Source of the DNA: Vulcanimicrobiota bacterium
GTDB lineage: Bacteria; Vulcanimicrobiota; Vulcanimicrobiia; Vulcanimicrobiales; Vulcanimicrobiaceae
DNA length: 64,000 bases
Direction: 5' to 3'
Assembly (NCBI GenBank): GCA_963833095.1
Contig: CAWHWQ010000004.1
Location: 1 to 64,000, forward strand
The first letter of the stretch is position 1; every line of letters starts with the position of its first letter. This document shows, piece after piece, positions 52,604 to 60,959 of the stretch. The position numbers and the translations under genes were made by a program. The notes beneath the pieces were generated by a model. It did no database searches and was not told where the DNA came from. It saw nothing but the letters and a program-made list of their open reading frames with translations.

Positions 52604-53316
52604 AATGTGTCTCCCGACAGGTTCAGTTCGACGCGGTCCGGACCGACGACGGTTCCCGTTAAGGTCTTGTTGGTAAGCGGATTGAAGACGTTCACTTGTT
52701 CACCGAGTCCACCGCTCGTGCGCGCGACCACGTCGGCCGCGACGCGCACGCCGTCATTGTCGACGATCAACGTGACGGTATTGCCGGCTTTGACGATTTG
52801 ATCGACCTGCGTGCCTTCGATGGTCAAAGGCGCGCCGGAGCGAACCGCGGAGATCACGCGCCGTCCGACCAGTGCCGCGGTGCCGTTGGTGCGCTGGCCT
52901 ACGAAGACCATCCGCGCCATCTTGAGGTCGCTCGCTGCAAGCACCGCGCCGGGGAGAAGATCGTGCGTCGCAACCGCGGTCGAGACATAACGCTGGACGC
53001 GATAGCCCACGAAAATCTGGCGGAGGAAGCGCCCATCGAGATCGATCTCGATCGGCACGTTGACGTAGGACGGCGTCACGATCGCGCTCTGCACGACCAA
53101 CGACACTCGGCCGGGCGGAACGACTTGATCCGGAATCCGGTACGATTGCACCAGCACGGCGTCGCCTTCCAAGCGCACGCCCTTGGTAATCGGCGCGGCG
53201 AGCGCTTCGAAGCGCGCTCCAGAGAGCACCTGCATCGCCGTGGCGCGCGCCATCCCCGCGTCGCATCCGAAGAACGCGAGCACGAGGAGGAGAGCGACGG
53301 CGAACGAGTGCTTCAT
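52600..53316 (-). CDS. flgA: P-ring formation chaperone FlgA
   Basis: SAF-like VATHDL.PG.VL...DL; VKAG..V, GG.GEQV.V.N....K.L.G.V. Confidence 0.88.
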   Translation of the reverse strand: MKHSFAVALLLVLAFFGCDAGMARATAMQVLSGARFEALAAPITKGVRLEGDAVLVQSYRIPDQVVPPGRVSLVVQSAIVTPSYVNVPIEIDLDGRFLRQIFVGYRVQRYVSTAVATHDLLPGAVLAASDLKMARMVFVGQRTNGTAALVGRRVISAVRSGAPLTIEGTQVDQIVKAGNTVTLIVDNDGVRVAADVVARTSGGLGEQVNVFNPLTNKTLTGTVVGPDRVELNLSGDTL

Positions 53317-53324
53317 CCAGGCGC

Positions 53325-54116
53325 CTATTGGAACGGCGAGAGCTGGACGGCGGTTTGGAGCATCTGATCGGCGGCCCCGATCGCCTTGGAATTGGCTTCG
53401 TAAGCGCGTTGCGCGACGATCATGTTGACCATCTCGTTGACGACCGACACGTTGGAATTTTCCAAGTAGCCGTCTTCGAGCACGCCGGTGCCGTTGAGGC
53501 CTGGGGTGCTGACGATCGGCGGACCGCTCGCAGCCGTCTCGACGTAGAGGTTGTCACCAGTCGGCGTGAGACCGGCCGGATTCACGAAGCGCGCGAGCTG
53601 TAACTGTCCCAGCGTCTGCGGCTGAACGCTGCCCGGCACTTGCGCGGTTACCGTACCGTCCGGACCGATCGAGACCGAGACCGCGTTCTGCGGAATCGTT
53701 ATCTGCGGCTGGACGAAGTAGCCTTCGGCCGTAACGATCGAGCCGTTCGCGTCTTCTTTGAACGAACCGTCGCGCGTATAGCCGGTCGTGCCGTCAGGCA
53801 GGGTAATCTGGAAGAATCCGTCGCCCTCGATCGCCGCGTCGAGATTATTGCTGGTTTGGACGAGCGAGCCTTGTGTGAAGATCTTCTCCGAATCCGAGAC
53901 CTTCACGCCAAGACCAACTTGCTGACCAACCGGCACAATCGACGCGCCGACCGGTGCGCCCGGCGCTTGAATTTGCTGATAAACCAGGTCCTGGAAACGG
54001 GCCTGATTGCTCTTGAATCCCTGCGTGTCGACGTTCGCGAGATTGTTGGAAATCGTGTCCATGTTGTACTGCTGGGCTTCCATGCCGCTTGCAGCCGTAT
54101 ACAGTGATCGCATCAT
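53325..54116 (-). CDS. flgG: Distal rod protein FlgG
   Basis: SLYTAASGMEAQQ...ISNNLANV.T.GFK, YTRDGSF, LENSNV.VV.EMV.MI.AQRAYE.NSK. Confidence 0.96.
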   Translation of the reverse strand: MMRSLYTAASGMEAQQYNMDTISNNLANVDTQGFKSNQARFQDLVYQQIQAPGAPVGASIVPVGQQVGLGVKVSDSEKIFTQGSLVQTSNNLDAAIEGDGFFQITLPDGTTGYTRDGSFKEDANGSIVTAEGYFVQPQITIPQNAVSVSIGPDGTVTAQVPGSVQPQTLGQLQLARFVNPAGLTPTGDNLYVETAASGPPIVSTPGLNGTGVLEDGYLENSNVSVVNEMVNMIVAQRAYEANSKAIGAADQMLQTAVQLSPFQ

Positions 54117-54137
54117 GTCGGTTCGTTCACTCCTGGC

Positions 54138-54962
54138 CTAGGCCGTCTTTGCGACGACCGAGATCGCCGTGTTGGTAGCATCGTCTTGGGTCTTGATCGA
54201 TTTCTCGTTTGCGTCAAACCAGCGCTCAGCGGTGATGAGATCGACCATCGATTTCACCACGTTCGCGTTGCTCGTTTCGACTGAACCTTGTTGCACGGTC
54301 ACGCCGGTCGCCGTCGTGGGCCCGGCGTTACCACTGATGGCGTAGTTGTTCAGGCCTTCGGGGCGCAAGTTCAACAGGCTGTTGAACTGCGTCAACTGAA
54401 GTTGGCCGACGACCTGCGAACTCTGCGCGTTGTTGAGGCCGCCGTTTTGCACGATCGTGCCATCCTGTTGGATCGTAACGGGGCCGGACGTATTTTGCAG
54501 CTGGATCTGCTGGCCTTGCGTATTCAACACGGTGTTGCCGTCACGCGTACGAAGAATGCCCTGCCCATCCTCGGCGAACTCGCCGTCGCGGGTGTAGCGA
54601 ATGCCGTTCGGCGTCTGGATGGTGAAAAAGGCGTTCGGGGTGCCGGTGATCGCGACGTCGAGCGGATTGCCGGTCTGCTGCAACGAGCCTTGATCGTAAT
54701 TTGTCGGCGTGTCATAGACCAGCGCGCCGGTACCGAGTTGCCCGACTTCCTGCGCAACAGGCGTACCAGCAAGCGGATTGGAGGCGGTCTTGCCCGGATC
54801 CGTTTGTATACGATAGATGTCAAGCGACGGAGCCGACTGAATTTGGAGCAGCGTCTGTTTGAAGCCGCTCGTATCAACGTTGGCGAGATTATTCGCAACG
54901 TTGTCAGCCATACTCTGAGCTACGAGCGCGCCGCTCGCAGACGTGTACAGGCCACGTACCAA
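54138..54962 (-). CDS. flgF: Proximal rod protein FlgF
   Basis: RGLYTSASG...ANNLANV.T.GFK, YTRDGEF, ETSNAN. TTG start at 54962 after GGAGG. Confidence 0.85.
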   Translation of the reverse strand: MVRGLYTSASGALVAQSMADNVANNLANVDTSGFKQTLLQIQSAPSLDIYRIQTDPGKTASNPLAGTPVAQEVGQLGTGALVYDTPTNYDQGSLQQTGNPLDVAITGTPNAFFTIQTPNGIRYTRDGEFAEDGQGILRTRDGNTVLNTQGQQIQLQNTSGPVTIQQDGTIVQNGGLNNAQSSQVVGQLQLTQFNSLLNLRPEGLNNYAISGNAGPTTATGVTVQQGSVETSNANVVKSMVDLITAERWFDANEKSIKTQDDATNTAISVVAKTA

Positions 54963-55105
54963 AAGAAAAAACCTCCGCACGAACAGGTTCCGGTTTCCCG
55001 GTTCTTCGCAAGACCGTCAATCAGTCGGGTCTCGCTCCGGCCTTCCACCCTTCGTGCGAGGTAGTCCAGGCCGCAAGTGCCAGCGAGCGCTGGTACTCCA
55101 TTGGG

Positions 55106-55132
55106 GTTTCGGCAGACTGGGGCAAAATTTGA
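55106..55132 (-). promoter_or_regulatory. sigma28-like promoter of the flgF operon
   Basis: TCAA-N15-GCCGAAAC. Confidence 0.6.
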
Positions 55133-55259
55133 GGCCGACTTCGGGCCTATGGCCCTGGAGCAGCATTGCCCCTCGCTCAAAGCCTCGCGTCTCGGACAGT
55201 GAATGTCAGGGTCCTCGCCGCTTCGGCTAATCCGCTCGGAGCGAACGCTGCTCTGGACC

Positions 55260-55285
55260 AAAGAAAAAGCCGCCCCGGGGCGGCT
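55260..55285 (-). terminator. Intrinsic terminator after fliE
   Basis: AGCCGCC-CCGG-GGCGGCT followed by TTTTCTTT. Confidence 0.8.
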
Positions 55286-55378
55286 GAAAGATGGATAGCA
55301 GATTTTTTCCTGGTTAGGCACGGCGGGCCGAAGTGTGCTTCGCACTCGAGGCCCGACGTAACGGCACCAGGGGGAAAT

Positions 55379-55735
55379 CTAGAACTGCATCTGAGCGATT
55401 TCGGTGTAGGCGGACATTATTTTATTCCGCACCGAGAGGGTCATCTGCATCGCCAGGCCGGCCTCTTCGACCGACTTGACGGTCCCCTCGAGGTCGTTGC
55501 TCTTGCCCAGTGCGTAGTCGGTCGACTTCTGCTCGGCGTCGTTCATCTGGCTGTTGACGTTGGTGAGCATTCCCGCGAGCGTGTCCTTGAACGAGACGCC
55601 GGCCCCTGCGCCGGCCCCGGCCACGCCCATGTCATCCGGCAGCGGCTCGGACTGCGGTCCCTGCGGGCTGATGTCCGGAACGAAGGTCCCGGGCGAGACT
55701 TTGCTCATCGCATCGCCGTAACTGTTGATTTCCAT
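55379..55735 (-). CDS. fliE: Hook-basal body protein FliE
   Basis: SFKDTL...VN.Q..A...VRNKI.SAY.EI.QMQF. Confidence 0.92.
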   Translation of the reverse strand: MEINSYGDAMSKVSPGTFVPDISPQGPQSEPLPDDMGVAGAGAGAGVSFKDTLAGMLTNVNSQMNDAEQKSTDYALGKSNDLEGTVKSVEEAGLAMQMTLSVRNKIMSAYTEIAQMQF

Positions 55736-55747
55736 GTATCTCTTCTG

Positions 55748-56239
55748 CTAGCTCTTGAGGATCGAAAGGTCTTGCGCGCCCATGTTCTGCGAGGCGGTGA
55801 TTGCCGCGACGTTGGCCTGGTAGGCGCGCGAGGCGGCCATCAGGTCGACCATCTCTTTGACGATCTCAACGTTGGGGTAGTGCACGTAGCCGCGCGGGTC
55901 GGCTTCGGGATTGTTCGGATCGAAGACCAGGCGGTCGGGAGTAGGGTCATCGGTGATGCCCAGCGCCTGCACGCCCTCGACGTTAGCCGGCTGCGAGGAC
56001 GCCGGGTCAAACGGATCGGGCGGGGCGAAAGGGTCGCTCGATCCCGAGGATCCGACTTGGTCGCTGCCGCTCGGGGCTGCGGGTTTCTGGGCGAAAATGA
56101 CCAGTTGGCGCTTGAAGGCGCCGCCTTGCGGGGTGCGAGTCGTATTGGCGTTGGCAATGTTGTTGGCGATGACGTCCATCGCCAGACGCTCCGCCGAAAG
56201 ACCCGACGCGCTGATCTCGACTGAATCGTAATAGCCCAT
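55748..56239 (-). CDS. flgC: Rod protein FlgC
   Basis: ISASGL.AER..MDVIANNIANANTTRTP.GG, DP.NPEAD..GYV.YPNV, ASRAYQAN. ATG at 56239. Confidence 0.95.
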   Translation of the reverse strand: MGYYDSVEISASGLSAERLAMDVIANNIANANTTRTPQGGAFKRQLVIFAQKPAAPSGSDQVGSSGSSDPFAPPDPFDPASSQPANVEGVQALGITDDPTPDRLVFDPNNPEADPRGYVHYPNVEIVKEMVDLMAASRAYQANVAAITASQNMGAQDLSILKS

Positions 56240-56240
56240 C

Positions 56241-56678
56241 TTAGTTCGGCTGCTCCGTCGCGGCTTCGCGAATAAACTTGTACTGCTCTTGCAAGAGCTG
56301 GGATACCGTCTCCTGATAGCCCGTGTTCTTCGAGAGTTGCGCCATCTGCTGATCGATATCGACGTTGGATCCGTCGACGCGCATCTGCGTGGTGGTATCG
56401 ACTTGCGCCTGCGGATCGTAAGGCACCGGCGCTGCCCCGTCGCCGATCGCGAATTGCCGGTCGTCGTCGGTGGCCATCGCCAGCTCGTTCGGATCGGGCG
56501 GCACGCCCAGGCTGTCCTGCAACGCCGACTTGAAATCGACGTAAGAACTACGGAACTCGGGCGTGTTGACATTCGCGATGTTGTTCGCGATCTGTTTGTG
56601 TTCCATACTTGCGCCCTTGGCCGCCTCGCCCAAAAGCGTGGTCGCTTGTCCAAGCGGAAGAATGCTGAAATCAGCCAT
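56241..56678 (-). CDS. flgB: Rod protein FlgB
   Basis: IANNIANVNTP.F....V.F, R.DGSNVDID.QM. Confidence 0.93.
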   Translation of the reverse strand: MADFSILPLGQATTLLGEAAKGASMEHKQIANNIANVNTPEFRSSYVDFKSALQDSLGVPPDPNELAMATDDDRQFAIGDGAAPVPYDPQAQVDTTTQMRVDGSNVDIDQQMAQLSKNTGYQETVSQLLQEQYKFIREAATEQPN

Positions 56679-56686
56679 CTAAAGGT

Positions 56687-56713
56687 CTATCGGCCTCCCG
56701 AGGGCGCAGCTTA
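56687..56713 (-). promoter_or_regulatory. sigma28 promoter of flgB
   Basis: TAAG-N15-GCCGATAG, 8 nt before ATG 56678; the -35 overlaps the upstream stop codon. Confidence 0.75.
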
Positions 56714-58465
56714 AGCAGAAAATTGCGCTGCATGCAAGGCGGCGTATGCGCCTCCCTGAGCAAGCAGCACGTCGTGCGAGCCGGCCTCGAGCACGCGTCC
56801 GCCTTCGATATAAAGGATCGTGTTTGCGCGGCGGATCGTCGAGAGCCGATGGGCGATGATCAGGGTCGTCCGTCCGGGGAGCAAGCGATCGAGCGCCGAT
56901 TCAATGAGGGCCTCCGAGTGACGGTCGAGCGCGCTGGTTGCCTCGTCCAAAATGAGAATGCGCGGGTCGCGCACGATTGCGCGCGCAATCGCGATGCGCT
57001 GGCGCTGGCCGCCGGAGAGGCGAACGCCACGCTCGCCCACCTCGGTCGCGTAGCCCTCGGACAACGTCTGCACGAACTCGTCGGCATTCGCCTCGACCGC
57101 AGCGCGGCGAACGTCATCGTCGCTCGCGTCCAGACGGCCGTAACGAATATTTTCCGCGATCGAGGTCCGGAAGAGTTGCGGATCCTGCGGAACGATCGCG
57201 ATCTGCGAACGCAGATCGCCCAGGCGCACTCCGGCGATGTCGATGCCGTCGATCAAGACCCGGCCGCGTTGCGGGCGATAGAAACGTGGGATCAAGTTGA
57301 CCAGCGTCGTCTTGCCCGCGCCCGACGGCCCAACCAGCGCGACGATCTCGCCCGCTTCGATCGCTGCGGTAACATCGGCGAGAGCCGGTGCTTCTTGCTC
57401 GTCGTACGAGAACCACACACGGTCGAACTCGATGCGTCCGGCGATACGCGCCATCGGGGCTGGATCCGCAACGGCTTCTTCTTCGGCCGGTAGATCGAGC
57501 AATTCGTATGCGCGTCCCGCGGAGACGAGCGCTTTGCTCAAATCGCCGACAAATGCGGCGATACGATTCATCGGATTGACCAAATTGACGACCAGCAACC
57601 AATAGGTCATCAGCAAACCGCTGTTGAGATGGCCCACCAAGACCTCGCGAACGGAAAGCCAGATGATCGCGATCACGCCGCACGTCAGAATCGACGAAAT
57701 CACGACCGGCTGCATGAACACGAATTGATTGAGTTTCATGAACGCGCCATAGTAGTCGTCGTTACGATTGCGAAAACGCTTCGACTCGAAGTCCTCGCGC
57801 CCGAACGCTTTCACGACCCGCTGCGCTTGGAGAATTTCGGTCAACGTCGAAGAAAGGTTCGCGATACGCGATTGCGAGCGCGTCATGCTGGTCGAAATCA
57901 ACTTCTGAAAACGCGAAACCGCGACCGACATCAGCGGCGCGATCACGATCAGCACGAGCGTGAGCAGCCAGTCGATCCAGATCATTGCAATGAACGAGCT
58001 CGCAAACGTCAGCGTTGCGTTGATAAGTTGCGGCAGCGAAACGCTCACCGCGTCGCTCATTACTTGGAGATCGCTGTTGAAGCGCGCGATGAGCTCACCG
58101 GGCCGCCAGCGGTCGAAAATCTGGATCGGCAGGCGAAGCAGCCGGTCGTAGAGTCTCTGCCGCAGCTTGGCAAGGAAGCCTTGCCCGCACAAGGTCGTGA
58201 TGTAGTTCGTTCCGTAGGTCGCGAAATTGGAGAGCACCAGCGCAACATAGGTTGCGCCCAGCGCCAGATAGAGCACGCGCAGATCGGGCGGCGCGCCGGT
58301 GTGCGCGGTCGCTGGGACGATGACGCGATTGAAGATGACGCCCAGCGCCCATGGTCCGACCAGCACGAGCAGACTATTGAGAGCGCCCAAACCGATCGCT
58401 ACGAGCAACCGGGGGTAGTAGGGACGCCCTTCACGCGCCAAACGCGCGACCGTGGATTGCGCCAT
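56711..58465 (-). CDS. MsbA-like ABC exporter (fused permease/ATPase)
   Basis: TM domain plus GPSGAGKT, LSGGQRQR, ILDEATSALD, IAHRLST. Confidence 0.92.
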   Translation of the reverse strand: MAQSTVARLAREGRPYYPRLLVAIGLGALNSLLVLVGPWALGVIFNRVIVPATAHTGAPPDLRVLYLALGATYVALVLSNFATYGTNYITTLCGQGFLAKLRQRLYDRLLRLPIQIFDRWRPGELIARFNSDLQVMSDAVSVSLPQLINATLTFASSFIAMIWIDWLLTLVLIVIAPLMSVAVSRFQKLISTSMTRSQSRIANLSSTLTEILQAQRVVKAFGREDFESKRFRNRNDDYYGAFMKLNQFVFMQPVVISSILTCGVIAIIWLSVREVLVGHLNSGLLMTYWLLVVNLVNPMNRIAAFVGDLSKALVSAGRAYELLDLPAEEEAVADPAPMARIAGRIEFDRVWFSYDEQEAPALADVTAAIEAGEIVALVGPSGAGKTTLVNLIPRFYRPQRGRVLIDGIDIAGVRLGDLRSQIAIVPQDPQLFRTSIAENIRYGRLDASDDDVRRAAVEANADEFVQTLSEGYATEVGERGVRLSGGQRQRIAIARAIVRDPRILILDEATSALDRHSEALIESALDRLLPGRTTLIIAHRLSTIRRANTILYIEGGRVLEAGSHDVLLAQGGAYAALHAAQFSA

Positions 58466-58556
58466 CGGGCCCGGTCTTGCGGCCCGCCGCGGATGAAACC
58501 TGCACCCGCGCGCAGCAGTACACGAGGGTGTAGGATTGGAGCCTGAAGCAAGGATT

Positions 58557-59117
58557 ATGGACTGCTACTTTCACTCAAACGTTCCGTCGATAGCGCCGTG
58601 CGCGCATTGCGGAAAGTCGATTTGCGCAACCTGCCGTGACGAGCAGGGCGGATGCCCAAGCTGCCGTTTGGGACAGAAAATCGATGCTACCGTCGCCGAA
58701 CCCAAGCAACTGTGGGGCAAAGTTCCCCCGCGCCCGAGTGCGCCGCCGCAGACAACGGCCTCGGCAAAGGTAACGACCGTGTCGGACGATCCCGTCGAAA
58801 GCCGCGCCCTGGTTGCGCTGGGCTATCCACTCTGGCCGCTCGCGCTCCTCGGGCTGCTCGACTCCAAGAAATCGAACTACATCAAACGCCAAGCGCTGCA
58901 AGCGCTCGGTTTTAACGTGGGCTTCGCCGCCTTCTGGGGTCTTCTCGAATTGACGAGTCAGATTCCGGTGCTGGGTTGGTCGTCGAGCTTCGTGCTCTTG
59001 ATGATGCTGCCGATCTTTCTGGTCGCCAGCGTCTTCTTCGGCATCAAAGCCTGGCACGGCGATCCCGTTCGCGTGCCCATCATAAGTGACTGGCTCGACG
59101 AACGAATGCCCGCCTAG
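58557..59117 (+). CDS. B-box-like zinc finger plus DUF4870-like membrane protein
   Basis: CYFH...CAHC...ICATC...CPSC followed by three hydrophobic segments and ..P.I..W; AAGGA RBS. Confidence 0.7.
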   Translation: MDCYFHSNVPSIAPCAHCGKSICATCRDEQGGCPSCRLGQKIDATVAEPKQLWGKVPPRPSAPPQTTASAKVTTVSDDPVESRALVALGYPLWPLALLGLLDSKKSNYIKRQALQALGFNVGFAAFWGLLELTSQIPVLGWSSSFVLLMMLPIFLVASVFFGIKAWHGDPVRVPIISDWLDERMPA

Positions 59118-59123
59118 GACAAA

Positions 59124-60551
59124 TCAGAGCTTCCTCTGCACAAATTCTTTGTATCTTTCTAAAAAGGTCCGGGCTTCGCGCCCGTGATCGACCACCGCGC
59201 TTGGATACGCATCGCGCGTAAAGAGCGGAAGCATCGGTTGATACTCGTCGACGCGTGCGCCCCAAGCGCTCATCGGTAACTGCGCAAGCTCGGGTACCCA
59301 GCGCTTGACATAGGCGCCGCTTGGATCGTAGCGGCGCCGCTGCTTTTCAGGGTTGTAGATGCGCGGGTATTGCGCCATGTCGGCGCCGACGCCGGCGATC
59401 CACTGCCAATTGCCGCTCGCGAGCACGGGATCGTCCTCGGTTAGCCAGCGTTCCCACTCGTCGCGTCCCACGCGCCAGTCGACCCCAAGATCGAAACAGA
59501 GAAATGAGGCGACCACGGAACGCACGTGCGGATGCATCCAGCCGGTTTCGTGCAATTGGCGCACACCGGCGTCCACCAGTGCAAAACCGGTTTTACCGCC
59601 GCGCCACCGATCGAGAGCCGGGTGCGAACGCGCAAACGGAAAGCCGCGCATCTTGACCTGCAGCGCTTCATCGTCGAACGGTCCGTAGAAAAATCCCAGT
59701 TGCAGGAAGAAATCGCGCAGCGCGAGCGAGCGCACGAAGAGCCGCAGCGACACCCGCTCTTCCGTCAGTAAAAACGAATCTTCTAAGCGCGCAAGCGTGG
59801 AACGAAGCACCGTGCGCGACGCGATAGTGCCAAACGAAAGATGCGCGGCGAGGTGCGAGGTGCGATCGTCGCTCGGCACGTTCATCGCGACGGCATATTG
59901 CACCGCGGAACCGTTCAAGAAACGATCGAGCGTGGCTGCGGCAACCGCGGGGCCGGCCTCAATCTCGCGTTCCCCCGCTCCGAACTCGTGCGGCAGCGGG
60001 AGCGGCTCGCTCTGTAATTCGCTCGATGCGAAACGGACGAGCAGCGGCGCGTCATACATTGTCGGCCGTAACGAGCGCCAGACGTCGTAGTAGGGAGCAA
60101 ACGCGCGATATCCGTCGCCGCCGCTGGGTCGCGCAGCAGCCGTCTCCTCCGGCGGTATCGCCGGCGCATCATGGACCAGCGCGGCACGCAAGCCCGCTTC
60201 CTCGAGTTCGGATTGCACGCGCGCGTCGCTCGTCGCGCCGGCACCGTCGTAACTCATGCTCCAGGCAACGCCGCCGGCCGCGCAAGCGCGAGCAATATTT
60301 TTTAGCGTCGCTCCGGTAGCCCCGCGTCGCACGATCAGACGCGCGCCCCGTTCGCGTAGCGCGCTATCGAGCGCGGCGACGGCGGAACAAAAGAATGCCG
60401 CGCGGCGGGGTGAACGCGCGAGTCGCGCTTCCGTCGCGCGATCGATCACGAGCACCGGAAGGACGTCACCGAGCGAAGCGGCTTGCGCCAAACCCGCATG
60501 GTCCTCAATACGTAGGTCGCGCGTGAAGCGGTAGATGAACGGCGCCGCCAT
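59124..60551 (-). CDS. Photolyase/cryptochrome-family protein, divergent active site
   Basis: RDLRIEDH, TS.L..HL.FG, G.TGF.LVDAG.RQL..TGWMH, GNWQW, RIYNP..Q...DP.G.YV.RWVPEL. Confidence 0.9.
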   Translation of the reverse strand: MAAPFIYRFTRDLRIEDHAGLAQAASLGDVLPVLVIDRATEARLARSPRRAAFFCSAVAALDSALRERGARLIVRRGATGATLKNIARACAAGGVAWSMSYDGAGATSDARVQSELEEAGLRAALVHDAPAIPPEETAAARPSGGDGYRAFAPYYDVWRSLRPTMYDAPLLVRFASSELQSEPLPLPHEFGAGEREIEAGPAVAAATLDRFLNGSAVQYAVAMNVPSDDRTSHLAAHLSFGTIASRTVLRSTLARLEDSFLLTEERVSLRLFVRSLALRDFFLQLGFFYGPFDDEALQVKMRGFPFARSHPALDRWRGGKTGFALVDAGVRQLHETGWMHPHVRSVVASFLCFDLGVDWRVGRDEWERWLTEDDPVLASGNWQWIAGVGADMAQYPRIYNPEKQRRRYDPSGAYVKRWVPELAQLPMSAWGARVDEYQPMLPLFTRDAYPSAVVDHGREARTFLERYKEFVQRKL

Positions 60552-60565
60552 GGTTCCCTTCTAGC

Positions 60566-60898
60566 CTAGAGCGTCTTCACGTAGGCGGCAATGTCGGACA
60601 CGTCCTGATCGGTGAGTGTACCCGGATACAGCTTGGGCATCGGCGGGTCGGGCTCTTCGATCGCGCGCACGATCTGCGCGAGCGTTCTTTTTCGGCCTTC
60701 GCTCGCAAGCGACGGACCGATACGTGCAGAGTCAAGAGAGGAATTGTGACAGACCTGGCAATTTTTTGCAAAGAGCTCCGCTCCCCGGCCTCGATTTGAA
60801 CTCGCCACGGTGGCGCGCTGATGCGAACAGCCCACGTTCGTAAGTCCCGTAAGGATTACGACGACCGCAGCGAATACCAGGCGACGGCGGGTGTGCAT
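60566..60898 (-). CDS. Monoheme cytochrome c, probable lipoprotein
   Basis: Signal peptide ending NVGC; CQVCH heme motif, GPSL, PMP. Confidence 0.85.
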   Translation of the reverse strand: MHTRRRLVFAAVVVILTGLTNVGCSHQRATVASSNRGRGAELFAKNCQVCHNSSLDSARIGPSLASEGRKRTLAQIVRAIEEPDPPMPKLYPGTLTDQDVSDIAAYVKTL

Positions 60899-60959
60899 TG
60901 CTGGGCGGGCGTTTCGTCTGAAGAGCCCGTTTCTCCCCACTTGGGAATCGAAAGGCGAC

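Noticed and set aside
55149..55260. tRNA, SRP or 6S RNA identity for the CCA-ending hairpin
   Set aside because: No T-loop TTCG(A), no SRP GGAA/AGCAG domain, and too short for 6S; kept only as an unassigned structure.
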